Below, piece by piece: positions 1-9,877 of a stretch of DNA of 64,000 nt (the first letter of the stretch is position 1; every line of letters starts with the position of its first letter). A program made the translations under genes and the position numbers. Under the pieces are notes generated by a model that did not search any database, had not been told where the DNA came from, and saw only the letters and a program-made list of their open reading frames with translations. This DNA is from a virus. Its lineage: Duplodnaviria; Caudoviricetes. Location of the stretch: the IMG/VR virus record IMGVR_UViG_3300042383_000120, positions 1,598 through 65,597 of that record; one strand, 5' to 3'.

Positions 1-1
1 C

Positions 2-400
2 GATTTTAGCGCTCTTGTATCAGAGTGGGACGAAGACGATGACACCCCCGCGCCCGTTGTTGTGCCCGCACCCGTAGCTTCACCTGCACCTGCACCTGCA
101 CCTGCACCGCACACCACCGATTTCGTAGGGCTGCTGGATACGCTCATGAAGGAAGATCGTCCGTGGACGGCCAAGAAGCTGGCTGACACGCTTGCTACGA
201 TGAGTGCGCCACTGTCGGCGCTCCCCGACCTCACGCAGAAAGTTATTAACCGGCTGGCCAGCCTACACCGGAACGGTGACGTTGCGCGGTTGAAGATTTG
301 CGTGCGGGCAGACCAGAAGGCTTCCAGCGCAGTCTACTACGCCAAGAACGTCGATGTGTTCTACGCTCACCTTGACACGCCGCTGGCTGATGAGGAGTAA
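2..400 (+). CDS. 5'-truncated hypothetical phage protein (acidic motif, Pro/Ala linker, possible winged-helix C-terminus)
   Basis: Frame is open from base 2 (DFSALVSEWDEDDDTPAP...) to TAA at 398-400; followed by GGAG and the polymerase GTG. Confidence 0.7.
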   Translation, partial: DFSALVSEWDEDDDTPAPVVVPAPVASPAPAPAPAPHTTDFVGLLDTLMKEDRPWTAKKLADTLATMSAPLSALPDLTQKVINRLASLHRNGDVARLKICVRADQKASSAVYYAKNVDVFYAHLDTPLADEE

Positions 401-403
401 GAC

Positions 404-2239
404 GTGGACATTATCACACTCGACTTCGAGACCTACTACGACAAGGACTACTCGCTGTCTAAGATCACCACGGAGGAGTATATCCGTGACCCTCGGTTCC
501 AAGTCATTGGGGTCGGGGTGAAGGTCAACGACGGCAAGACCGAGTGGTTCACCGGGACGCACGGTAAGATTAAGGAGTTCTTGGCCCGGTATGACTGGGC
601 CAACTCCGCGGTGCTGGCACACAATATGATGTTCGACGGTGCGATCATGTCGTGGCGGTTTGGCGTTCGTCCGAAGGTGCTGTTCGACACACTGTGCATG
701 GCCCGTGCGATCCACGGCGTAGAGAAGAGCGCCAGCCTCAAGGCCCTCGCCGAAAACTACGCGGTAGGGGAGAAGGGCACCGAGGTGCTAGACGCCAAGG
801 GTAAACGGCGTGGTGACTTCGAGCCGGAGGAGCTGTCGGCCTACGGGCGCTACTGTGTCAATGACGTAGACCTGACCTACGATATCTTCAACATCATGAT
901 GTCCCGTGGGTTCCCGAAGTCTGAACTCAAGCTCATTGACCTGACATTGCGTATGTTCACTGAGCCGACGCTGGAGTTGGATAGGGAGCGGCTGGAGGCG
1001 CACCTGCAGAAGACGCAGGTAATGAAGGAAGACCTGCTCAAGTCTGCTGGTGTTGAGGACAAGGCCGACCTCATGTCGAACCCGAAGTTTGCCGCACTGC
1101 TCGGTAAGTTCGGTGTCCCGTGCCCCATGAAGATCAGCCCCACCACAGGCAACATGACATACGCGCTGGCTAAGAGCGATCAGGGTATGAAAGACCTGCT
1201 GGAGGATGATGACCCACAGGTTCAGGCGCTGGCTGCTGCGCGGCTCGGGGTGAAGTCTACGCTCGAGGAGACACGCACACAGCGGTTCATCGACATCTCT
1301 GGACGTGGCATGCTGCCTGTCCCGGTGCGTTACTACGCGGCGCATACCGGGCGCTGGGGCGGGGACGACAAGATCAACCTGCAGAACCTCCCTAGTCGGG
1401 GGCCTAACGCCAAGGCGCTCAAGAAGTGCATCGTTGCACCCGAGGGCTACAGCATCGTCGAGTCCGACTCGTCACAGATCGAAGCGCGCATGCTGGCGTG
1501 GCTGGCTGGGCAGGACGACGTGGTGGAGACATTTGCGTCTAGGGGTGACGTGTACAAGAAGATGGCCTCGGCGATCTACAACGTGGACGAGGCTGACGTG
1601 ACCAAGGACCAGCGGTTCGTGGGTAAGACCACAGTGCTGGGTGCAGGCTATGGCATGGGTGGCGAGAAGTTCCAGCTGGCGCTCAAGAACTCTGGTGTGG
1701 AGATCACGAAGGCGGAGGCTGCTAAGATTATCGGCATCTACCGTGAGACTAACGACATGATCTCGAACATGTGGAAACAGGCTGGCACCATGCTGCGCTA
1801 CATGGTGCGGGGTGACGCTATGCCGTTCGGTAAGGACGGGGTGCTTGGGGTCAACACATATGAACCCGGCATCGTGCTGCCCAATGGTCTGCTGATCCGC
1901 TACGACGAGTTGGAAGAGGCCGAGAACGAGAAGGGCGGCACCGAGTATTCTTACAAAACCCGCATCGGGCGCACCCGCATCTATGGCGGGAAGGTCGTCG
2001 AGAACGTCACACAGGCGCTCGCGAGACTTATCATCGGCGAGCAGATGTTGCGAATTAGTAAGAAATACAGAGTTGTGTTGACAGTCCATGACAGCATCGT
2101 ATGCTGTGTGCCTGACGACGAAGCCGAAGCCTGCAAGGCCTACGTCGAGGAGTGTATGCGCTGGGTGCCCGCATGGGCCGAGGGCTTACCCGTGGACTGT
2201 GAAGCCGGTATCGGCAAGAATTATGGAGAGACGGAGTGA
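404..2239 (+). CDS. polA: Phage family A DNA polymerase with 3'-5' exonuclease domain
   Basis: ExoI LDFETY, ExoII AHNMMFD, ExoIII YCVND; motif A DSSQIEAR, motif B RFVGKTTVLGAGYG, motif C TVHDS. Confidence 0.95.
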   Translation: MDIITLDFETYYDKDYSLSKITTEEYIRDPRFQVIGVGVKVNDGKTEWFTGTHGKIKEFLARYDWANSAVLAHNMMFDGAIMSWRFGVRPKVLFDTLCMARAIHGVEKSASLKALAENYAVGEKGTEVLDAKGKRRGDFEPEELSAYGRYCVNDVDLTYDIFNIMMSRGFPKSELKLIDLTLRMFTEPTLELDRERLEAHLQKTQVMKEDLLKSAGVEDKADLMSNPKFAALLGKFGVPCPMKISPTTGNMTYALAKSDQGMKDLLEDDDPQVQALAAARLGVKSTLEETRTQRFIDISGRGMLPVPVRYYAAHTGRWGGDDKINLQNLPSRGPNAKALKKCIVAPEGYSIVESDSSQIEARMLAWLAGQDDVVETFASRGDVYKKMASAIYNVDEADVTKDQRFVGKTTVLGAGYGMGGEKFQLALKNSGVEITKAEAAKIIGIYRETNDMISNMWKQAGTMLRYMVRGDAMPFGKDGVLGVNTYEPGIVLPNGLLIRYDELEEAENEKGGTEYSYKTRIGRTRIYGGKVVENVTQALARLIIGEQMLRISKKYRVVLTVHDSIVCCVPDDEAEACKAYVEECMRWVPAWAEGLPVDCEAGIGKNYGETE

Positions 2240-2907
2240 GTGAAGCCAGTGCTTGGTCCTTTAGTCGGATGAAGGCGTTTGAGACGTGTCCGAAGCAGTA
2301 CTACCATGTGAACGTCCTCAAGCAGTTCCCGTTCCAAGAGACCGAGGCGACCAGATACGGCACTGACTTTCACAAAGCGTGTGAGGAGTTCATCCGCGAC
2401 GGCAAGCCCATGCCTCCGCAGTTCTCGTTCATGCAGGCCACTATGGAGCGGCTTGCGGCTATGACGGGGGAGAAGCACTGCGAACTCAAGATGGGCCTCA
2501 CCGCTGATCTCGAGCCGTGTGGCTTCTTCGATAAGAACGTGTGGTTCCGCGGCATCGTGGACCTGCTGATTATCGACGGCGATAAGGCTCGTGTCGTGGA
2601 CTACAAGACGGGCAAGAGCGCGAAGTATGCCGACGTCGGACAGCTGCAGTTGATGGCACTGTCGGTGTTCAAACACTTCCCGCAGGTCAAGAAGGTGAAG
2701 GGCGCGTTGCTCTTCACCATCGCCAACGACATCGTGAAGCAGGACTACTCGGTGACTGACGAGGGTGTGCTGTGGAAGCCGTGGGTGATGAAGTACGCGG
2801 CACTGGAGAAGGCCCACGAGACAAACGTGTGGAATCCTCGACCTTCTGGGCTATGCCGAAAGCACTGCCCGGTTACGGAATGCGCGCACAATGGGGGCGG
2901 AAGATGA
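2236..2907 (+). CDS. PD-(D/E)XK Cas4/RecB-like exonuclease
   Basis: WSFS..FETCP N-terminus, RGIVDL..VVDYKTGK catalytic motif, QLxxMAL, C-terminal CxxxCPxxxC (four-Cys Fe-S-type arrangement). Confidence 0.88.
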   Translation: MSEASAWSFSRMKAFETCPKQYYHVNVLKQFPFQETEATRYGTDFHKACEEFIRDGKPMPPQFSFMQATMERLAAMTGEKHCELKMGLTADLEPCGFFDKNVWFRGIVDLLIIDGDKARVVDYKTGKSAKYADVGQLQLMALSVFKHFPQVKKVKGALLFTIANDIVKQDYSVTDEGVLWKPWVMKYAALEKAHETNVWNPRPSGLCRKHCPVTECAHNGGGR

Positions 2908-3254
2908 GCGACGAAGTGACCATGGACGAGGCGGCTAACACCGCCCTGCTGCTGGAGCAGCACATCCAAGAGAAGATGGCACGGGCGCTGGCCGACTTCC
3001 TGTTCGGCGACTCCATCGGGTCGCGGCAAACACTGCAGAAGGCCATCGAGGCGGGGAACATGCCGTTTGCTGCTATGACCGCACGACAAGAGCTAGCCCT
3101 GCAGATCGTGCACTCCGAAGTGTTCCGAAACAATCTGGAATACATGGTCAAAAACGTGGTGCGCGAGGAGATGACTGAGCTACGACAAATGGTGCGTGAG
3201 CAGTTCGCACGTGGTATGCTGAGCAACACGTTCACCTCTAATCGGACTGTTTAG
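2904..3254 (+). CDS. Hypothetical protein
   Basis: ATGA overlap with the upstream stop; 116-aa helical ORF filling the operon gap. Confidence 0.7.
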   Translation: MSDEVTMDEAANTALLLEQHIQEKMARALADFLFGDSIGSRQTLQKAIEAGNMPFAAMTARQELALQIVHSEVFRNNLEYMVKNVVREEMTELRQMVREQFARGMLSNTFTSNRTV

Positions 3255-3256
3255 CC

Positions 3257-3514
3257 ATGCCATACACGAAGTCGCCTAGACCTTATAAGCACGAATACCA
3301 GAAACAGAAAGAACGTGGAGAACATGAGCGCCGCATGGAGCGGCAGCGCGCTCGGCGTGCCTTGGACAAGAAGGGCGTCGACCGCACAGGCAAGGACGTG
3401 AGCCACAAGAAGGCTTTGGCCAAAGGCGGCAGCAACGCCGACGGCTACAAACTGGAGTCGCCATCGAAGAACCGGAGCCGGAACGGTCATAAGCCCGGCG
3501 AGAAAAAGAGTTAG
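3257..3514 (+). CDS. Small HNH-endonuclease-like protein
   Basis: Basic N-terminus and GKDVSHKKALAKGGSN...NRSRN resembling small phage HNH proteins. Confidence 0.65.
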   Translation: MPYTKSPRPYKHEYQKQKERGEHERRMERQRARRALDKKGVDRTGKDVSHKKALAKGGSNADGYKLESPSKNRSRNGHKPGEKKS

Positions 3515-3527
3515 GCACAAGCCTAAC
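3510..3527. promoter_or_regulatory. Palindromic operator-like motif GTTAG-N8-CTAAC
   Basis: GTTAGGCACAAGCCTAAC directly upstream of the helicase RBS; one of about 16 copies. Confidence 0.65.
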
Positions 3528-3543
3528 ACCTCGGAGAACAAAC

Positions 3544-5079
3544 ATGCAGATCATCGACAATAAGGCGTTGCTGTTAAAGCTACGCAATCCAAAACAAGTC
3601 TCTACGATCATCCCAAAGAGCAAGGTGATCGGTGAACATGAGGTCGTCGTTAACTGGGGTGTGCAAGAGGCGCATACCCTACGCGGCCTGAACATCAAGG
3701 TGCCGTCACCCATCGAGGGCCGCTACAACTGGACGGGCAAGTTCGCTCCGATGTCGCACCAGCGCACGACGGCGTCCTTCCTGACCATGAACCAGAAGGC
3801 GTTCTGCTTCAACGAGGCGGGGACGGGCAAGACGGCCAGCGCGATCTGGGCCGCGGACTTTCTCATGAAGCAGGGCATCATCAAGCGGGCTCTGGTCATC
3901 TGCCCGCTCTCGATCATGGACAGTGCGTGGCGTGCGGACCTGTTCACGTTTGCCATGCACCGGACTGTAGACGTCGCCCACGGCACCTCGGCCAAGCGCA
4001 AGAAGATCATCGCCGGGAAGCCTGACTTCCTCATCATCAACTATGATGGCGTTGAGATCGTGCGGGACGATATCGCTGCGGCGGGTTACGACCTCATCAT
4101 CGTGGACGAGGCCAGCCACTACAAGAACGCCATGAGTAAGCGCTGGAAGGTGCTCAACTCGCTGGTGAAGCCCGAGACGTGGCTCTGGATGATGACCGGT
4201 ACACCTGCAGCACAGGGGCCCGAGGATGCGTTCGGCTTGGCGAAGCTGGTCAACCCTGCCGGGGTGCCGCGCTTCTTCAACGCTTGGAAGGACATGGTGA
4301 TGTACAAGGTCTCCGCGTTTCGCTGGAAACCCAAGGAACACGCTGAGCGCACTGTGCACCGGGCCCTGCAGCCTGCCATCCGCTACACCAAGGAAGAATG
4401 CCTAGACCTACCGGACATGCTCTACGTTAAGCGGGACGTGGCCCTGACCAAGCAACAGGACCTCTACTACAACCGTCTCAAGAACCAGATGGTCATGGAG
4501 GTGGCCGGGGCGCAGATCACGGCGGTGAACGCGGCTGTGATGATGGGTAAGCTGCTCCAGATTTCTGCAGGTGCGAGCTACACCGAATCCGGCGACACAG
4601 TGCAGTTTGACATCAACAACCGCTACAGCGTCCTCAAGGAGGTCATCGCCGAAAGTACCCACAAGGTGCTGGTGTTCGTGCCGTTCAAGCACGTCATCCA
4701 GATGCTGTCAGATCAGCTGTCCAAGGATGGTATCACTAACGCCGTCATCAACGGCGACGTGACCGCCGCAAACCGGACTGAAATCTTCAAACAGTTTCAG
4801 AGCCAGCCCGACCCTAGGGTGCTGGTCATCCAGCCGCAGGCTGCAGCGCACGGCGTAACGCTGACAGCGGCAAACACAGTTGTCTGGTGGGCACCGACAT
4901 CGTCGCTCGAGACCTACGCGCAGGCTAACGCGCGGGTGCACCGCAAGGGGCAGGCCAACAAGTGCACCGTGGTGCAGCTGCAGGGCTCTGGCGTAGAACG
5001 TCGTGTCTACAGGCTGCTCGACGAGAAGATCGACGTGCACACTAAGGTCGTCGATCTTTATAAAGAATTGCTTGACTAG
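3544..5079 (+). CDS. SNF2-like superfamily 2 helicase
   Basis: Walker A-like AGTGKT, VDEASH, MTGTP, AHGVTLT, QANARVHRKGQ motif VI. Confidence 0.92.
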   Translation: MQIIDNKALLLKLRNPKQVSTIIPKSKVIGEHEVVVNWGVQEAHTLRGLNIKVPSPIEGRYNWTGKFAPMSHQRTTASFLTMNQKAFCFNEAGTGKTASAIWAADFLMKQGIIKRALVICPLSIMDSAWRADLFTFAMHRTVDVAHGTSAKRKKIIAGKPDFLIINYDGVEIVRDDIAAAGYDLIIVDEASHYKNAMSKRWKVLNSLVKPETWLWMMTGTPAAQGPEDAFGLAKLVNPAGVPRFFNAWKDMVMYKVSAFRWKPKEHAERTVHRALQPAIRYTKEECLDLPDMLYVKRDVALTKQQDLYYNRLKNQMVMEVAGAQITAVNAAVMMGKLLQISAGASYTESGDTVQFDINNRYSVLKEVIAESTHKVLVFVPFKHVIQMLSDQLSKDGITNAVINGDVTAANRTEIFKQFQSQPDPRVLVIQPQAAAHGVTLTAANTVVWWAPTSSLETYAQANARVHRKGQANKCTVVQLQGSGVERRVYRLLDEKIDVHTKVVDLYKELLD

Positions 5080-5100
5080 TGTAACGGATGTCATTAGATA
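5072..5100 (+). promoter_or_regulatory. Putative sigma70-type promoter
   Basis: TTGACT-17 bp-TAGATA upstream of the 5130 ORF. Confidence 0.4.
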
Positions 5101-5129
5101 TCAATTTCTGATAGTGAAGGAGAACCACT

Positions 5130-5543
5130 ATGACTGCTGATACTGTGGGCGAAACCGCCCTCACCCCCGAGGTGCTGACCAAAACCTACATCAAAATCCG
5201 CGACAAGCGGGCCGAGCTCAAAGCCGAGTTCGAGCAGAAGGATGAGGTTCTGGAGATGCAGCTCAACACCATCAAGTCGGAGCTGCTCGACTACTGCAAG
5301 ACGCAGGGTATCGACAGCGTTCGCACCCCGTCGGGAGTGTTTTACCGGACGATGAAGACGCGCTACTGGACCAACGACTGGGACTCGATGAACAGGTTCA
5401 TCTTGGAAAACGAGGTCCCGCAGTTCTACGAGAAGCGTCTCAATCAGACCATCGTGAAGCAGTTCCTCGAAGAAAACCCTGACGTGCTCCCACCCGGCCT
5501 GAACTCCGACAGCGAGTACGTCATCACTGTGAGGAAGAAGTAA
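5130..5543 (+). CDS. Phage replication-module protein of unknown function (coiled-coil N-terminus)
   Basis: AAGGAG RBS; lies between helicase and the SSB-like gene. Confidence 0.75.
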   Translation: MTADTVGETALTPEVLTKTYIKIRDKRAELKAEFEQKDEVLEMQLNTIKSELLDYCKTQGIDSVRTPSGVFYRTMKTRYWTNDWDSMNRFILENEVPQFYEKRLNQTIVKQFLEENPDVLPPGLNSDSEYVITVRKK

Positions 5544-5770
5544 TGACCGAAACTCCAACCCCGTTCGCCACCATTGAGGACGTAGCAAAGTACTTCGTCG
5601 TCTCGGTTGCGACCGTGCGTACATGGCTGCGTAACGGCACCATCCCGAAACACACCTACCTCAAGGCGGGTAACACCTACAGGTTCAACCTGCCCGACGT
5701 GGCAGCGGCCCTTGTCAACGCACCGAAAGAACCGGTGCAGTTGGAACTAGACCTCGACAACAAAAACTAA
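5543..5770 (+). CDS. Excisionase/MerR-like helix-turn-helix DNA-binding protein
   Basis: TIEDVAKYFVVSVATVRTWLRNGTIP...KAGNTYRF pattern typical of Xis-like HTH. Confidence 0.8.
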   Translation: MTETPTPFATIEDVAKYFVVSVATVRTWLRNGTIPKHTYLKAGNTYRFNLPDVAAALVNAPKEPVQLELDLDNKN

Positions 5771-5780
5771 GGAGAACGAC

Positions 5781-6683
5781 ATGAGTGAAATGACCCTCTT
5801 CGGTGCTGGCAACCCGCTGGCAAATAGCGACCTCTTCAAGTCGCTGCGTGACATGAACAAAACCCTCGCTGGTGGCGGCGGTGGCGGCGGCAAGCGCATC
5901 TCGATCAAAGGCAACAAGTTCCGCCTCTTCGTCGATGGTGAGCAGGTCTCTGTGTCCAAGGAAGACCACCTGAACATCGTGGTGGTTAACGTCGCTCCGG
6001 TATCGCGGACCTATTATGAGGGCACCTACGACCCGAATAACACGGCTGCACCGACCTGCTGGTCGGCTGATACCAAGGCCCCCTCACCCGATGTGCCTGC
6101 AGATCAGCGGAAAGCATCGCGCTGCACCGACTGCCCGATGAACGTCAAGGGCTCGGGACAGGGCGACAGCCGCGCCTGCCGCTACAACCAGCGTCTGGCG
6201 ATCACGCTCGAGGGCAAACCTGACGAAGTCTATCAGCTACAGCTCCCGGCCACGTCGCTGTTCGGTGACGGCAAGAATGGCAAGATGCCGATGCAGGCGT
6301 ATGCTAAGTTCCTTGACGCGCACGACACGCCGATCATCGCGGTCATGACCAAGATGTCGCTGGACGAAAACTCGGAGACCCCGAAGCTGTTCTTTAGCCC
6401 TGTGCGTCCTCTGACAGAGAAAGAGCTGAACGAGGCTGTCGCGGTTAGGGACACCGAAGATGCCATCAAGGCTATCACGCTGACTGTCGCACAGACCGAT
6501 GGCGTTAAGAAGAAGGACTCCGCGGCTGGCACCAAGAGCTACAACCCGGCCAAAGATAAGATCATCGTCGATGACGAAGACGAGATCGCAGAGCCTAAGA
6601 AGGTCGAAGCCAAGAAGTCTGCACCCGCTGCCGACCCCAAGGCTAACATCTCTGCTCTTGTCGCAGAGTGGGACGACGAGTAA
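5781..6683 (+). CDS. Putative single-stranded DNA-binding/annealing protein
   Basis: TAAGGAG RBS; CWS..CxxCP..C metal-binding Cys; acidic aromatic C-tail (AEWDDE); adjacent to primase. Confidence 0.65.
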   Translation: MSEMTLFGAGNPLANSDLFKSLRDMNKTLAGGGGGGGKRISIKGNKFRLFVDGEQVSVSKEDHLNIVVVNVAPVSRTYYEGTYDPNNTAAPTCWSADTKAPSPDVPADQRKASRCTDCPMNVKGSGQGDSRACRYNQRLAITLEGKPDEVYQLQLPATSLFGDGKNGKMPMQAYAKFLDAHDTPIIAVMTKMSLDENSETPKLFFSPVRPLTEKELNEAVAVRDTEDAIKAITLTVAQTDGVKKKDSAAGTKSYNPAKDKIIVDDEDEIAEPKKVEAKKSAPAADPKANISALVAEWDDE

Positions 6684-6697
6684 TCCTTAATAGGCTC

Positions 6698-6738
6698 GCC
6701 GCGACGGGGGATAAAAACAACCTCACCTCGTCGCGGCA
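6698..6738 (+). other. Stem-loop in SSB-primase intergenic region
   Basis: GCCGCGACG(GGG)...(CCT)CGTCGCGGC inverted repeat with no U-tract. Confidence 0.5.
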
Positions 6739-6752
6739 CCCCAACAGATAGA

Positions 6753-9620
6753 GTGGCGGCTATGGATACAACGACGTTTTTGCAGTCCGTTCTTGGAACT
6801 GCGGGCTCCTACTGCGTTCTTGCCCTCAATGATGGCAGGCGCATCCAGAAGTTCTACGACACCATCGAGCAGCTTGAGCAGGCTGCGCTGAACTTCGACG
6901 AGAATGGTTTCGATGCCTACTACGCCCTCGGCACGTTCGAGGAGGCGGGCTCGCGTGAGGCTGAGAACGTCAAGCAGATGCGGGCGTTCTTTATGGACCT
7001 CGACTGCGGGGTGAACCTCAAGACGGGCAAGCCCAAGGACTTCCCTGACCAGCATGCCGCCATCTTGGCGCTTAAGGAGTTCGTCAAGGCCACCGGGCTG
7101 CCTAAGCCGTTCCTCGTCAACTCCGGCTACGGTGTGCACGTTTACTGGCCGCTGACCGCGCCTGTAGACTTTATGACGTGGCTCCCTGTAGCCGAGAAGC
7201 TCAAGGCGCTGGCCAAGGCGAAGAATTTCGATGCCGATGAGGCCGTGACCGCCGATGCCGCCCGCGTGCTGCGAGTGCCGGGGACGCATAACCACAAGGG
7301 CGACGACCCCAAGGCTGTGTCGTTTTTGGGGGTGTCTGCACCGGAGCCAGTGGAGTTTTTTGACTTCGCTGCACGGCTCGAGACCGTGGCCGGCAGTCTG
7401 CCGACTAGCCTGCCCGCACGGCGCTACTCACCTGCGGTGACAAACAGCGCGATGATGGATGCCCTGATCGGCAAGCGGGAGGCCTCGTTCAAAGCCATCA
7501 TGCAGAAGACCATGGCGGGTAAGGGCTGTGCCCAGCTGGCCTACTGCATCGAGAACCGCGCTGATCTGGCTGAGCCCATGTGGCGCGCGGCACTTTCCAT
7601 CGCCAAGCACTGCACCGATATGGTCAAGGCCGTGAAGGCGGTTTCGCAGGGGCACGCCGAATACGACGAAGACGAGGCGATGTGGAAGGCCGACCGCATC
7701 AAGGGCCCGTACCTCTGCACGCGCTTCGAGGAGTACAACCCGGGTGGGTGCCAAGGCTGCCCCAACTGGAACAAGATCAAGTCGCCCATCGTTCTCGGCC
7801 AGCAGTTCACTGAGGCTACGCCCGAGGACAACACCATCGTCGTAGCGGACCCAGATGCACCCGAGGCACCACCAAGGGTCTATGAAATCCCGAGCTACCC
7901 CAACCCCTATTTCCGCGGCAAGGATGGCGGCGTGTTCATCCGTATAATTGACGACGAGGGCGAGGTCAGTGAGCGGATTGTCTGGCACCACGATCTCTAC
8001 GTCGTGCGTCGCCTGTATGACCCGGAGCAGGGCGAGATCATCGAGATGCGTCACCACCTACCACGGGATGGAGTGCGGTCGTTTGTGGTGCCGCTCTACG
8101 TCGTCACATCGAAAGAAGAATTTCGGAAAGTCCTCGCCACCAACGGCGTCATAGCGATCAACAAGGAAGTGGATGCGATCATGAGCTTTACGCAAAGCAT
8201 GGTTAAAGACCTGCAGATCACCACGCAGGCAGACAACGCACATCGCCAGTTCGGCTGGCTGCCCGACTTCAAGGGCTTTGTCCTAGGGGACAAGGTAGTC
8301 TATGCGGACCGCGTCGATTTCAACGCACCGTCCTCGGCTACACGGGGGATGATCGAGTTCTTTGAGCCTGCGGGTAGCCTCGACGAGTGGCGTGCCGCGG
8401 TCAACTTCTACAACCGCCCCGGCTTCGAGCTGCACCAGTTCATCACCTGCGTCGGTTTCGGCTCGGTGCTGATGAAGTTCTTGCCCATCAACGCCGCGCT
8501 CCTGCACATCTGGTCGAAGGACTCCGGTTTCGGCAAAACGCATGCCCAGTTTGCGGCACTATCGGCGTGGGGCAACCCCAATAAACTTATCCTGCAGGAG
8601 CGGGACACCGTAAACTCGTTCATGAACCGCGCCGATGTGATGCACAGCCTGCCGGTTTGTATGGACGAAGTTACCAACATCAAGCCCCACGACGCCTCAA
8701 ACATGATCTACCAGATCACCGGGGGCCAGCAGCGCAACCGCTTGGCATCGACGGGCAACACTGAACGCTATCGTGGCGACCCTTGGAACCTGCTGTTTAT
8801 TTCGTCGGGGAACTGCAGCCTGATCGACAAGGTGGCTATGGCGAAGGCCATGCCGAAAGCGGAAGCTCAGCGGGTGCTGGAGATCGAGACGAGCAGGCTC
8901 TTCACCGAGAAGGCCGACAAGCGCCAGACCGACGAGTTCAGCTCCAAGGTCCAGAGCAACTACGGCCACGCAGGCATCCTGTTTGTGCAGTACGTGATGT
9001 CCAACCTCGCCGAAACTAAATTGCTGGTGGAGACCCTACAGCGCAAGATTGATGAAGCCGCAGACCTTGGGCCTCAGAACCGCTTCTGGTCGGCAGCTGT
9101 CGCCACCTCTCTCGCCGCTGCGGTGATCTGCAAACACCTCGAGCTCTTGGACTACGACATCCCCACGCTGCGCGACTACATCATCAAGAACATCCTCAAG
9201 GCCAACAAGGCGGTCAGTGCTGATATGTCCCTCGACCCGATGGACCTCGTGACTGCCTACACCTACCAGAACTTGGGCCGTATCCTGCAGATCAAGTCCA
9301 CCATCGACCGCCGCAGCAAGGGGAACGACAACGGCCTCGACGACCTCGTGGTGCCGGATCAGCAGCCAAAGACCGCCGACATCGTCGGGCGTTATGAGAC
9401 CGATCTGCACGTGCTGTATCTACTGCCATCACCGTTCAAGGTCTGGCTGGCCGAGCAGCAGATAAACTACAACTCGGTGTTCTCCGAGCTCAAAGCCAAG
9501 TACAATGCCAAGAAGTCGAAGGTCCGGCTGACTAAGGGCACCAAGCTACAGATGCCCGTCGCCGACACCATCGAGGTGCCGATTGTTCTGGGTGACGTTA
9601 ATGGCGAAGAAGGTAAATGA
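6753..9620 (+). CDS. Primase-helicase (AEP/RepB-like primase + DUF927-type P-loop domain)
   Basis: FMDLDC, VNSGYGVHVYW and RVLRVPGTHN primase motifs; Cys cluster; SGFGKT Walker A and CMDE Walker B. Confidence 0.85.
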   Translation: MAAMDTTTFLQSVLGTAGSYCVLALNDGRRIQKFYDTIEQLEQAALNFDENGFDAYYALGTFEEAGSREAENVKQMRAFFMDLDCGVNLKTGKPKDFPDQHAAILALKEFVKATGLPKPFLVNSGYGVHVYWPLTAPVDFMTWLPVAEKLKALAKAKNFDADEAVTADAARVLRVPGTHNHKGDDPKAVSFLGVSAPEPVEFFDFAARLETVAGSLPTSLPARRYSPAVTNSAMMDALIGKREASFKAIMQKTMAGKGCAQLAYCIENRADLAEPMWRAALSIAKHCTDMVKAVKAVSQGHAEYDEDEAMWKADRIKGPYLCTRFEEYNPGGCQGCPNWNKIKSPIVLGQQFTEATPEDNTIVVADPDAPEAPPRVYEIPSYPNPYFRGKDGGVFIRIIDDEGEVSERIVWHHDLYVVRRLYDPEQGEIIEMRHHLPRDGVRSFVVPLYVVTSKEEFRKVLATNGVIAINKEVDAIMSFTQSMVKDLQITTQADNAHRQFGWLPDFKGFVLGDKVVYADRVDFNAPSSATRGMIEFFEPAGSLDEWRAAVNFYNRPGFELHQFITCVGFGSVLMKFLPINAALLHIWSKDSGFGKTHAQFAALSAWGNPNKLILQERDTVNSFMNRADVMHSLPVCMDEVTNIKPHDASNMIYQITGGQQRNRLASTGNTERYRGDPWNLLFISSGNCSLIDKVAMAKAMPKAEAQRVLEIETSRLFTEKADKRQTDEFSSKVQSNYGHAGILFVQYVMSNLAETKLLVETLQRKIDEAADLGPQNRFWSAAVATSLAAAVICKHLELLDYDIPTLRDYIIKNILKANKAVSADMSLDPMDLVTAYTYQNLGRILQIKSTIDRRSKGNDNGLDDLVVPDQQPKTADIVGRYETDLHVLYLLPSPFKVWLAEQQINYNSVFSELKAKYNAKKSKVRLTKGTKLQMPVADTIEVPIVLGDVNGEEGK

Positions 9621-9819
9621 CCTAGACCCCGACGGCGTGCGCATCATCGTGCCGTGGCGAGAACTGCATGTGGGGGGCTCACTCTTTGTCCCCTGCATCA
9701 ACACCGAGGCCTGCGAGAGGCAGGTTCAGGGTGTGGCTCAAAGGTTAGGCATCCGCCTAACATGCAGGCAGCGGATAGAGGCCCAACACTTGGGGTTGCG
9801 AATTTGGAGAACCACATGA
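9601..9819 (+). CDS. Hypothetical protein
   Basis: ATG at 9601 overlapping the primase end; W..L.VG.S.FVP and GLRIWR pattern of small phage proteins. Confidence 0.65.
   Translation: MAKKVNDLDPDGVRIIVPWRELHVGGSLFVPCINTEACERQVQGVAQRLGIRLTCRQRIEAQHLGLRIWRTT
9744..9761. promoter_or_regulatory. Palindromic operator-like motif GTTAG-N8-CTAAC (intragenic)
   Basis: GTTAGGCATCCGCCTAAC. Confidence 0.55.
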
Positions 9820-9877
9820 TATTGTGCGCCTGACAGAAGAGCTTGCCGCCAGCTCGCCTCCTGTCGTTCTCCATACT

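Noticed and set aside
2236-2907. CRISPR adaptation gene cas4
   Set aside because: No cas1/cas2 or array; its position next to the DNA polymerase fits a phage replication/recombination exonuclease
5543-5770. Prophage excision module
   Set aside because: Xis-like HTH only; no integrase, att site or host genes in the window
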